Below, one piece after another: positions 39,709 to 49,464 of a stretch of DNA of 52,431 bases. Within the stretch, counting starts at the first letter, position 1. Every line of letters starts with the position of its first letter. Made by a program: the position numbers and the translations under genes. Under the pieces are notes generated by a model. That model worked only from the letters and a program-made list of their open reading frames with translations. It ran no database searches and was not told the origin of the DNA. The DNA is from Perkinsus chesapeaki ATCC PRA-425 (lineage: Eukaryota > Protista > Perkinsozoa), in NCBI GenBank assembly GCA_013115145.1, contig JAAPAO010000210.1, positions 1 through 52,431 of the forward strand, written 5' to 3'.

Positions 39709-40352
39709 TCAGCTATTTGAGGGAAACACCGCCCACTTTACACTAATGAACTAACACTTACTGCTTGCTACACGTCGGTCAATGGGGTAAACAGCCTAGT
39801 GCGTTCATCAGGCATATAAGCCCAACTCATATGAGCTAGAGGAACGGAGCATCTTCTTTGAACATCGAGCTTGAGTTCATATACAGCGAAGTTATATACA
39901 GCTTATTTTGACAATAGTAACTCCCAAAAAACCGAGCCGTGTCCGTCGTGAGTTATCAGAGCCAGTGCAGGAGATGTCATATGATCTATGATGAACACCC
40001 TTCACCTTACATCTTGCTTGTTCTTTAGCCATCGTGGCTCTTTTTTCCTATCAGTCTAGCAGCTTAGCTCTCTACTTCTTCTGCCGCTCAAGCAGGGGTC
40101 GACTCAGGAACACTGATTGAGTGAGAGGGAGGTGAAGTAGAGAATCTACACATCACAATGTAGCGAGCTTCGATGAGCTTCGAAATTTTGGTTTATCATG
40201 TACTAGAGAACGTAGCAAGGACGACTACTCGATTGTGGCTCTCGCACTGCACGTGCACCACCAGTGGAGCGCGCCCCTTCCTAATCACTCAAGCGCGGGG
40301 CCTCTCCATAGGCTGTGCGGAACTAATGAAACTTGATCAATTGTGCTTGATA

Positions 40353-40374
40353 GTCGCGTGATGCGACTCGCGTC
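40353..40374. repeat. Excision-type scar, X=GTCGCGTC (1 mismatch)
   Basis: gtcgcgt-gatgcgac-tcgcgtc (expected middle gacgcgac). Confidence 0.75.
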
Positions 40375-40688
40375 CCGGCTTTTAGTCCGGGCAGAGGGTT
40401 TTACGATCGTGAGGTTTCTTCTTATCCTTAGTTGTCTCGTCTCTCACTTGTGTTTGAGAAACCACTCTTATCATCCCCGAACTAGAAGTCTATCTTCTTT
40501 AACCAATTTTGACGTTGAGTTCGGTGGCTACACCACTGTTCATTTATGTTACATACTGAGGCGTCGGGCTCCAGTGCTTCAACTTGAATTTCGCTACCGT
40601 TTACGACCTTGCCTTCAGCATTTACTACACTCTGGCGTCTAGTGCCTAACTCGTGTTTGACAGGACGTTTGTATCGCCTATATTTACC

Positions 40689-41072
40689 ATGAGATCTGCC
40701 TCAAGCTTCATTTGCCGCCTCCTTGTTGCTATTCAAGTTGGTCTACAACTCCTAGTCCTCGGTGCACCAGACGGAAAGTACTGTGGCAAGGTAGGCGCGA
40801 TATTCAGTATCAGTCTGACCTTCCATGGTGATACTTTTGATCTCGACGCGAAGTACTTGGCATATACCGGATCGGCTCAGAACGTGCCATATTCTATGCC
40901 CCAACCCGATAAGATTAGGATACCCCTCGATAACCCGGACCTTAATAAGGCATTCGACGACCTGAAGCCACCGATCAGAAGGGCGGACTTGGAATATCTC
41001 GACTACGTCAACGACCAGATTACAGCGCATACGTCGTTGGGAAGTCTGACCTTGGCAAAGGATACGTGCTGA
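40689..41072 (+). CDS. Small secreted protein, PxGKYCG...C family, copy 2 (intronless)
   Basis: MRSASSFICRLLVAIQVGLQLLVLGA-PDGKYCG...LAKDTC; gapless alignment to copies 1 and 3. Confidence 0.85.
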   Translation: MRSASSFICRLLVAIQVGLQLLVLGAPDGKYCGKVGAIFSISLTFHGDTFDLDAKYLAYTGSAQNVPYSMPQPDKIRIPLDNPDLNKAFDDLKPPIRRADLEYLDYVNDQITAHTSLGSLTLAKDTC

Positions 41073-41234
41073 GCCAGAGCAGTGTAGTCTAAACTATGTA
41101 GATCCATACTGGCTCTCCAGCACTACTTTGACCGTCTATCATTTTGTCTATCTCACTTCTTGCAATCATTGCTGGCCAGTATGGCGGAACTCTTCGGATG
41201 GGAGTCACTGCATACTGACCCAAGCATCAGGTGG

Positions 41235-42024
41235 TCATTGAGAGTCATCTGGACCACTGAGCGAGGCGGCCTCGCCGGAGCCAGCTCTGACAAAATTGTC
41301 CTTAGTTCTCATATGTAATGAGCTTCTTGTGCCATCAGTCCTCCTCTTATCGACGAGAGTTGTCACTTGTAGTAGTAGATAAGACTGTTTTACACTCTCA
41401 GTAAGCTTTTGAGTTTCAACTTGGGTCACGCGGGACACACACTTCAAGATAAAGAAGAAGATAACCTGAGGCTCGAACATATGTAGGGAAGTCTCATCTC
41501 CATTAGAGACTCCAAAGCGTACAAGTTCATAGGCTGACTCGGGCATTCGGGTAGCAAAAGGCGGCAATGAGGAACGGGAGCCTCGAAAGTTTGACCACCC
41601 GAGGTCGAAGCGCTATTCGGTTCCGTTATCAAGCTTCTGGAACTCGCATTCTTCCCCCCCATCCTCCACCTCTGAGGCTCTATCCGAAAATTTCACTTGC
41701 GAAAGCTTGGCAGCGCCAGGTTAGAACATCAATAATCCTCGTCCTGAGGTGAAGTACACGGTGTACTGTACACCATAGTCATCTCGGCTAACAACAGACG
41801 CGAAAAGGCAGGATTTACGAAATCCCGTGATAATTTACGCGTAATGCATCCAAAATCTGCTGCAGCTGTTGTGGTGAAGTTCTTGCTGTTGACAACAACG
41901 ACTGAAGACTCGTTAGTAAAGAGTTGCAAATTTTTAATGATCTTCGATGAGCGCTCTGGTTATCTGGCATCAGAGCAACAGTTTTCTCTAGCCAGACGGC
42001 GGCAATTGTTGTGATGAGTGTCAA
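41235..42024 (-). pseudogene. Probable hypothetical gene or pseudogene (broken ORFs)
   Basis: Overlapping protein-like minus-strand ORFs (41235-41567, 41729-41929, 41815-42024); contains a perfect scar at 41753-41774. Confidence 0.3.
41753..41774. repeat. Excision-type scar, X=AGTACACC (perfect)
   Basis: agtacac-ggtgtact-gtacacc. Confidence 0.85.
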
Positions 42025-43002
42025 GTTCTCAACGAGAACTTCTCAGCGAGGAGGGTTTCAAGGCGAACCCACGACTAATATAAAGGCTATTCCGTACTTG
42101 TACAGTTTTGAGTCACTATGACAGCTCTAATTGTTGTACCTCAGTTTTGTCTTTCCACTGGAAACCTTCTAGTGTCAAATTGTCACCGACAAGTGTTATT
42201 GGCTCGTACAGTGTGGGCTGAAAACAGCGCGCCAAGACGTCACGTCATTGCTCAGTATCTCCGATAATTTCTACTACTCTCCCTGTTTGATACGGCGTCT
42301 ATTAATGAGTATGGCCTGAGGTATCTCTCACGTACCCCTGGTGCAGCGAATCGTTTTAGAGTTTCAGTCTCGTCCCGAAAAGTACATACTTATTCCGCAG
42401 TCATGGCTCAGTGTCATAATCGATGGCGGTACCCAACAAGGAAGAATAACAATCTCATTTAATCAACCAAGATCATATCAAACTTTCCGCGCTGTTCAGT
42501 TCGTGATTGGAGCCCGTGCTTTCTTAGCTCGGACAGGACTTTATGTGCCCGTAAACTCGTGGCTGGAACTCTCGATTCCTACCTGGCGCTAGATATTCGC
42601 TCCACCATTAGGACAGCAGCGTAGAATATGGGCGCATTCTTCACACGAGCGTTGCGAAAATAACCTTCGCGAAAAATTCGTGAAAGTTTCCCGTTGAGAC
42701 GAAGGTGTATTGTTCTAGAAAGTTCGTCAGGGGCATATGGCACAGTAGTGACGCCGCTGCCAGTCCGGGAAAGACAGCTTGTGACCGGTATTATTAGCAC
42801 CTTCGGTAAACGATGTCCGACTCCGGCTACACCAATGCTTTATACGAAGTATTACTTAGCGGACAGGCGATTCGGCCTTTAGTTACTATAGCCTCGGAGA
42901 CCTTGTAAGCTCGAAGAACCTAAGCTCACGCCAACGGCGAAGGCACGAGATTCCTGCGAACCTACACTTTGTACCTCGTGTGACACAAACTCAACGCACG
43001 CA

Positions 43003-43024
43003 TGTGCGCGGCGCACAGTTCGCC
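43003..43024. repeat. Excision-type scar, X=TGTGCGCC (1 mismatch)
   Basis: tgtgcgc-ggcgcaca-gttcgcc (expected last part gtgcgcc). Confidence 0.7.
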
Positions 43025-43483
43025 CAATCGATCCGGGCAAAGGGCTCCACCCTTGCGACCTATAGGGGCTATGTTGTAGCCTGAACAAATTGAATAATAT
43101 AGCAGGCATTAAGCTACAGTCGCCAGCCGAAGGTATTCAGGATCCTCCTGCCACAAGTTCTCCACTTTTCAGACCCTTCCGATGATACTTTCCTCAATTT
43201 TGGTTTTACTCATCTGCGGAGTCAATATCTCTATGGTTCACGGCATATGTGACGATAGAGTGAAGCATGACTCCGGCTACTTACATGGCGGTTCAGATGC
43301 TTTGTAAACCTGCCTCCGAGATCGTAGCCGCGTATTACTTTTTTTGTCCTCAGGTTGTTCTATTGGTTCTTTGAATCGCGCACAGACCCTGCTACGAGCC
43401 CCACCCTTATTTACTTCCAGGGAGGCCCTGGAGCCAGCAGTATGTATTCACTCACTGCGGGCAATGGCGGACCATGTGTACTT

Positions 43484-43505
43484 GATCGGGTCCCGATCAT
43501 CGGGA
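43484..43505. repeat. Excision-type scar, X=GATCGGGA (perfect), in coding exon
   Basis: gatcggg-tcccgatc-atcggga. Confidence 0.92.
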
Positions 43506-44713
43506 TGGTAAGGATACGTCGGTAAACAGGTAAGCGGCCCCGAATTATTCCAGCTCATTTTTTGATGTACGTCTAATTATAAGGTATTCGTTCAATACCT
43601 TTGCCAATGTTTTGTACATCGACCAACCCGCTTCGACAGGCTTCAGCAAAGGAACAACTCCGAAGGATTCAGTCGCGGCGGCGAAAACCACGTAAGTAGT
43701 TCATTTGCTTTCAGCTGCCGATGATTCCCTCACAGTCTCCAGGCGTTGAAGAGTTTCTTCTACAAATACCCAAATTACAATAGACAAGTATTCTTTATCG
43801 GCGAGTCATATGCAGGTGGGTATCACGGTCCACTTTCTGACGTTCTCCCTTGGGCTCGAGGATCTTTGGCAGGACATTACATCCCACCCCTGGCGCAGCT
43901 CACCATTGCGAGTACGCCCTCTATCAAGCTGAAGGGTGTCATTCTCGGTAATGCTCTAGTCAACCCTAAGCTCCAGTAAGTATTATGTGTTCCATGCATA
44001 ACTCCAGCGTCAAATCATATTACTACCCAGGTATCGATCAATGCCCATGATGGCTTTTAAAAGTGGCACGGCCCCCAGCGTCATTACAGAGAAAGAGTAA
44101 CGAAAACATTCAGAGGCGCGGCTTCACTGCCGTTCATGTTCTTAGGTACCGGCGTATGCTCGATGCCGTACATACAGTCCTTTCCGAAATGCAACTTTGT
44201 CTCGATAATCGGGAGAGCGAAGAACTGTGCCAAAAAGCATCTGATGACATTTTCAAATACTTGAGAGACCCCATCAGAGATAAGGACATCGATCCGTATG
44301 TTACACGAGATTATTCACAATGCGGTGCGCAAATATAATAGTTTTTCAGGTTCACGGTTCGCTCAGTTTGTGATAGAGTTATGAATTGCCTGTTGCAGGT
44401 ACGACCTTCGCCTCAAGTGTACCGAGCCAGCTCCTGGATGTGAATATACGAAGAATGTGAGTTGGGCAACATACTTAGGTTTCGTATCTTTCATGGGTAA
44501 TCGATGCCATGAAATTTCAAATTTCATGCATTGTACGAGCGCTATAGTCTTCGTTTTCAGTTCGACACCTACTTCAATAGCCGGAAGGTTCAAGATTATC
44601 TCAAAGTCAATAAAAAATGGACGCTTTTCGACGTTCAGGTGAGCCGTTGTTGTTCCACTGCGACCGTACTCATAGATTCACAAGTGCGAGCTCATCAGGG
44701 GCGCCTAGTTTGT

Positions 44714-44770
44714 GGCTACTTTGTAAGGTTATCAGCGCCTAGTAGGCCACGATAACCCCACAAAGTAGCC
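44714..44770. repeat. Decayed 57-bp odd-centred palindrome in an intron
   Basis: ggctactttgt/acaaagtagcc (11 bp), ggttatc/gataacc (7 bp), gccta-g-taggc at the centre. Confidence 0.75.
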
Positions 44771-45608
44771 TTCCGTACATTTCCTGTTTCTTAGGTTTTT
44801 AATTCCTTCCTTGGTGACTTGCCCGTTGACTACAGCCCGGATTTGTCGACGGTCCTAGATACAGGTTTACGGGTAAGTCGTCGGGCGGTACACTGTCGTC
44901 ACGACACACTATACACCTGTATACGGCATGTATCAAGGGAGTGAGAAGCATTGTTTGAATCTATACAGTGAGGACTGTGTCGCATAGTCGACGATACTTC
45001 GAAAGGATTTGGTTGGAAGGCTTTCATTTGGCAGGTCATGATATACGCCGGAGACCAAGACTATCTCTGCAACTGGATAGGAAATCGTAACATGGCTCTG
45101 AGCATTCAGTGGAGTGGTCAAGATGGATTTGTCAAGGCTAAAGATGTGCCATATCGTGTAAGAGACGCTATTGCTTTAAGGCGCTAAATGGGAGTGATAT
45201 GTTCGCAACAAATAATTGAGACATCGCGATGATGTCATTATCATAATGGATCGGTGTGCAATGACAAGTATACTAGCGGCGAGCAGCGCAACCGAACGTG
45301 TCACCGAGAGCGCCTTTCAAACGCGCAACTTCCCTTAGCTGCCAACCGGAGAGCAAGTTGGAATATTTAGAAGTTTCACTTCCCCGAGTACAGGAGGGCA
45401 ACTCAACTTTGCTCAGGTAGGTTGTGTTCTGTGCATACAGTCATTCTCAACTCAGATTTACAAAGCCGGTCATAGCGCTGCAAAAGATTCCCCAGCGGCG
45501 GTTCTCAAGCTCCTATCAGAGTTTGTAGCCGACCGACTAAACTGAAGCCGGGCTTTAGCTCCTAGGCAACGATGACATTCTGAACCTTTCAGGGGTTATG
45601 ATTGGATT

Positions 45609-46292
45609 TTACGAACATGTGAGAAGCTTTACCGTCGATTCGGGAACTCCTGCCGCTAGGGCGCGCTCAGCAACGAGAGTTTTTCGTACGTCTCTCATAC
45701 TTCTTATGAGTTGTGTTTCCAGAAAGTCTGCTAATGCCTTGTCCACGCCTAGTTCCCGTGATACGCACGATAGCTTAGGCAGAGAACCCAGGCAATGTTG
45801 ACGACGCCGTTGCTACGGATCCGGGATCCTGTTCTACTCATCCTTTGCGTCCAATATGTAGCTGCATGGGAAGGTGGCCAGTAGTCAACGGGGAATCCCG
45901 GGGTCCCGGGGTGACGAGGCGGCCTCGTCGAGGCCATCGAGGCACATCACCGTAGCAGGCCACCTCCTAAAGCTGATGGGAGATGACCTTCGCGGTTCTC
46001 CCCAGGAATCGTCCACTGCTCGTTCTCGATTGCTTTCATGCCTTTCGTATTTTGTTCGGTGCAGCCTCTGTTAAGATAAAATGTCTCAAATGCAACGATT
46101 CTCGTGTGGTTTTGTGCTCCATAGAGACCCACCCCGCCGCAAGCAGGAAACATCAGACCAAATTGCGGCTACTCGGTGATTGAGAAGACGCTGTTCAGTC
46201 TCGATGTTTTCAGTACGAGGGTGTCCAGGTTTATCGCGATATAACAGATCTTCGAGAACTTTATTCATAAGGCCAATAAAGGGCGCCCTCAA
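45609..46292 (-). CDS. Probable multi-exon hypothetical protein
   Basis: Protein-like segments KVLEDLLYRDKPGHPRTENIETEQRLLNHRVAAIWSD and terminal LSCVSRELGVDKALADFLETQLIRSMRDVRKTLVAERALAAGVPESTVKLLTCS-stop; exon model incomplete. Confidence 0.35.
45914..45935. repeat. Excision-type scar pattern, X=ACGAGGCC (perfect)
   Basis: acgaggc-ggcctcgt-cgaggcc; could alternatively arise from codons GLDEAAS on the minus strand. Confidence 0.65.
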
Positions 46293-46836
46293 AGTTCTAA
46301 CTTTCGCGTGCAGTTGTTCAGATCAAACGATTAATGTCCAACCAGCACAACTGTTTAGGATATCACAAAGATAACCTTACTCACCTCCATATACTGGCAA
46401 GGGCTCACCAAAATGATACTAGAGATCAAATTAGTCCGAACGAATAGTCTATTCTAACGAGTACACCTATACATGAGTAGCTCAACTCAGTAGATTGAAC
46501 TCTGCAACAGCTCTCGATATTTTTCACCGCATAACTCTGCACACACGAATCCTCCACCCGCGCAAACGAGATTAGAAAGTGAAACATCAGCGGATTTAAA
46601 AGTCATAAACAGATGAGTTACTAACCTTCTCTACAGGGATATCAAGGCTCAAGGCATCCACTTGAGCATGAAATAATCAGAGCATAAAACAGAAGAAAGA
46701 TTTGACGAGAGACAACTACTCGATGTCTACCATTGCTCCATTCGCATACTCACCGCCACCAAACTGACGAAGCCTATGGGAAGCCGAGGGTTGCCGATTT
46801 GCAAGGTTTTTTGTCGTTGACACCTTCACCTTTCTT

Positions 46837-47205
46837 ATGTCCGCTATGTTCAGCTTAATCTGCCGGCTGTTGGTTCTTGGGGTTCTAGCCTATTCTGACC
46901 CGAATGGAAAATATTGTGGGGGCGTCGGCTCGCTCTTCCAGATTAGTGTGGATATTCGTGGCAGAACTTTCGACCTCAACGCGAGGTTTCTCTCGAATTC
47001 TGCATCTGCTCGCAACGTGCCCTTCACTATGCCTAGTCCGGATACTATCCGACTTCCTCTCGATAACAGTGCGCTGAATAAGGCATTTGATGACCTCAAG
47101 GCTCCCATCCAGAAGGAAGATTTGCAGACCCTACACTTTGCCAACGATGAGATCACGGCTACCACTCCTGTAGGTAGCATTAGCTTGACAAAAGACCAAT
47201 GTTAA
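46837..47205 (+). CDS. Small secreted protein, PxGKYCG...C family, copy 3 (intronless)
   Basis: MSAMFSLICRLLVLGVLAYSD-PNGKYCG...LTKDQC; 59/101 identical to copy 1 in the mature part (hand count). Confidence 0.85.
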   Translation: MSAMFSLICRLLVLGVLAYSDPNGKYCGGVGSLFQISVDIRGRTFDLNARFLSNSASARNVPFTMPSPDTIRLPLDNSALNKAFDDLKAPIQKEDLQTLHFANDEITATTPVGSISLTKDQC

Positions 47206-48842
47206 GAACAGGGATATGACGGCTGCGAGATATGAGGCTATATGACGGTCTAGTCTAGTCTAGTCTCACGGTCTCATGGTACGCCGGTGCTGAGGGTTGT
47301 GAACATTGTGAGCAAGTTGCCCGGAGCAATGCTTTTGTAGTCTCTTGAAGAGACCAACGCTAACCGGTCGTCTACCTGTCTAAATCCCTTCAACGTCGCC
47401 AGCTCCATCCTAGGCCCACATGACAATATACTTGTAGACTTGTTAGTGGTAAGTCTACGAATGACGAGCTGCCGTCCTATGCTCTTGTTCGAACACAACT
47501 CCATCTAATCGTCGAGTTTCATTAGTTCTTAGCCGATCCTTGTCAAGTGACTGTTGGGTTTGAAGTGTCACGATCCCTCTGCATCGCGCTAAGCGTTGCT
47601 GACCCGCAAAATGACAGTTTTTCCCTTCATTCATTCATTTTATACCACGTTTATTGCTCTGGAGATGCGACGACCGCAGCAACCCCGATGAGTCATTGCC
47701 AACTATAAGGACAATTGTTGAAAAGCATGAATCGGGTGGATACGAAGAATGCAAAGAATGACCAGAACGTCTATTGTTTCATGGTTATCTGCCTGTCTTA
47801 CCTCAGTTGCTTCGTCCTCTGCTGACATGACGGAATGTTTGTGGACTCCACAAACATTTCGGGTTTGTGGAGTTCTCCACAATATGGAGATGCCATCGGG
47901 TGCTCGTACTATAACACAACGCTGTCCAACCGTCTCATTCGGACGATGCTAATCTGGGTCTCGTTAAGTGAGTGTTGGATTCGAAGCATTAGAGGAAATA
48001 GCGACTTCTCCATAACCCCCAACATGGCTGACTTCTATAAGAATGAAAGTTATCCCATCCTGTGAGATCGGACCTGCCGCGCTTTCCACGATAAACGGAG
48101 TATAATGAGGGGCTCAGTTGTGTCCGAAGGGCCGTCTGAGTAAGCCACGTGCCAACAGTGCGGCATTGTTAATGCTTCTCGGTGCGAGCTCCCGAACGTG
48201 CGCGGCGTCGTTATGCAGGGCTCCCTGCTCCGTCTAAAACTTCAGAATAGGCTGTAAGGCGTCCGCGCGCGAAGGGATACGGTCCCTCGCTAGAGCTGAG
48301 TGAATAGCGCAGATAAGAGAAGCTACTTGTCGAATTTGAAAATCACCGGTAATTCTTCTTCACACTCTGCACCGTAGAAACTATTGTGTGGGGAGGATGC
48401 TGTCAAAAATTCCAGCCCCAGGTAGCTCGTGGACGATTTACAACTTGCGCAGCGAGAGCGCTAATATCTGTGTCTCCCGCGTCGATCGTAACTTGTATAC
48501 GAGATTCTGGACAAACTCGAAGGGCTCGAGATCCTCCTTCAACAGCGAGGCGTATCTCATCCACCTATATAGTTAGCCTGTTCGACGCCAATATCTGGAA
48601 ACTGACTGGAGTGGCGCTCACCACAGATCCCCAGGTGCACTCTACTGCCGGGCAGTTTATATGTGTAATTAGCTCCGGACTCGAGTCTGGAGAATCAAAG
48701 AGGGCAGAAACGAGTGAGTAGTATCTCGTGAGTTTCGGGCTTCTGGGCACCCACTCTAACTTATACTGAGCTTGACTCTGTAACTGCTGATGAACACAGG
48801 TCTCCAAAGCAAAGACGAAACCTGCTCTTAACTTTATGGAGC

Positions 48843-48864
48843 ACAGCGGCCCGCTGTCAGCGGG
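48843..48864. repeat. Excision-type scar, X=ACAGCGGG (perfect)
   Basis: acagcgg-cccgctgt-cagcggg. Confidence 0.85.
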
Positions 48865-48962
48865 AGATACCGCCTTAGCTATGCACAACGCTAAGCGTGA
48901 AAGGCGCACAATTGCGCTGTCTACTATAAGTATCTAGCTAGGGCACTACAGCAGATTTGTGA

Positions 48963-48984
48963 TACATATAATATGTAACATATT
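48963..48984. repeat. Excision-type scar, X=TACATATT (perfect)
   Basis: tacatat-aatatgta-acatatt. Confidence 0.8.
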
Positions 48985-49464
48985 GTGGATGTAAACCCAA
49001 ACTGTTGAGCTCAACTATCTTGATGAGCTCCTTATCTACTTGGGCACTTGCCCGTGGTGAGAGAGTTAGCGAGGCTCATTCCATGCCTAGTCCCCTGCCG
49101 CTATCGTACCAACCACTGGTAACCTCTTTCCTGACCTGCTCATTCCTTATGAATGCAAGTGCCACATCTACTCGTATCGGTGTCTATCGCTGTATCCGGA
49201 TTTCGGGCTTCGATAGTTGTTATTCGACTGATCAAATTATGAAGGAAGTAGCTTAAGTTTGAGCCTTGAGCGAATTCGTCCGACTGGACGAACTATTCCC
49301 CGAAGGTGCACTCAGCATGAATTCCAATGATAATTTAACAATCGAATAAACGTTCAAGGTGAGTCTCGGCTTACTCACCATGTACTAACTTTCACCAGGC
49401 TGATTATAGTGAAGATACACATTGCCTTATACTCTGTAAACGTCTTACATAATGGAGTCTCACC

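Larger units (their letters stand above)
43354..45545 (+). pseudogene. Serine carboxypeptidase S10 (carboxypeptidase Y-like), frameshifted by a 14-nt insertion; 5' exons not resolved
   Basis: LFYWFFESR, FQGGPGASS, NVLYIDQP, GESYAG (Ser), YAGDQDYLCN (Asp), IYKAGH (His). All traced downstream exons splice in frame; the only lesion found is at 43491-43504. Confidence 0.88.
47749..49450 (+). pseudogene. Degraded multi-exon gene, possibly secreted
   Basis: Signal-like N-terminus out of frame with the following segment; in-frame stop in EFVRLDELFPEGALSMNSNDNLTIE*TFK; clear intron 49359-49398 with TACTAAC; two scars inside. Confidence 0.3.

Noticed and set aside
44088-44105. Apparent in-frame TAA in the carboxypeptidase (TEKE*)
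   Set aside because: Falls at an intron donor (GA|gtaacg...cttag|G) that restores EYRRM in frame.
46647-46654. GGCTCAAG match to the SL 3' end upstream of secreted copy 3
   Set aside because: Only 8 nt, and it is a by-product of a 7-bp tandem duplication (tcaaggc x2).
47214-47280. atatgacgg and agtct mini-repeats as a CRISPR-like or functional array
   Set aside because: Irregular low-complexity slippage without unique spacers; eukaryotic context.
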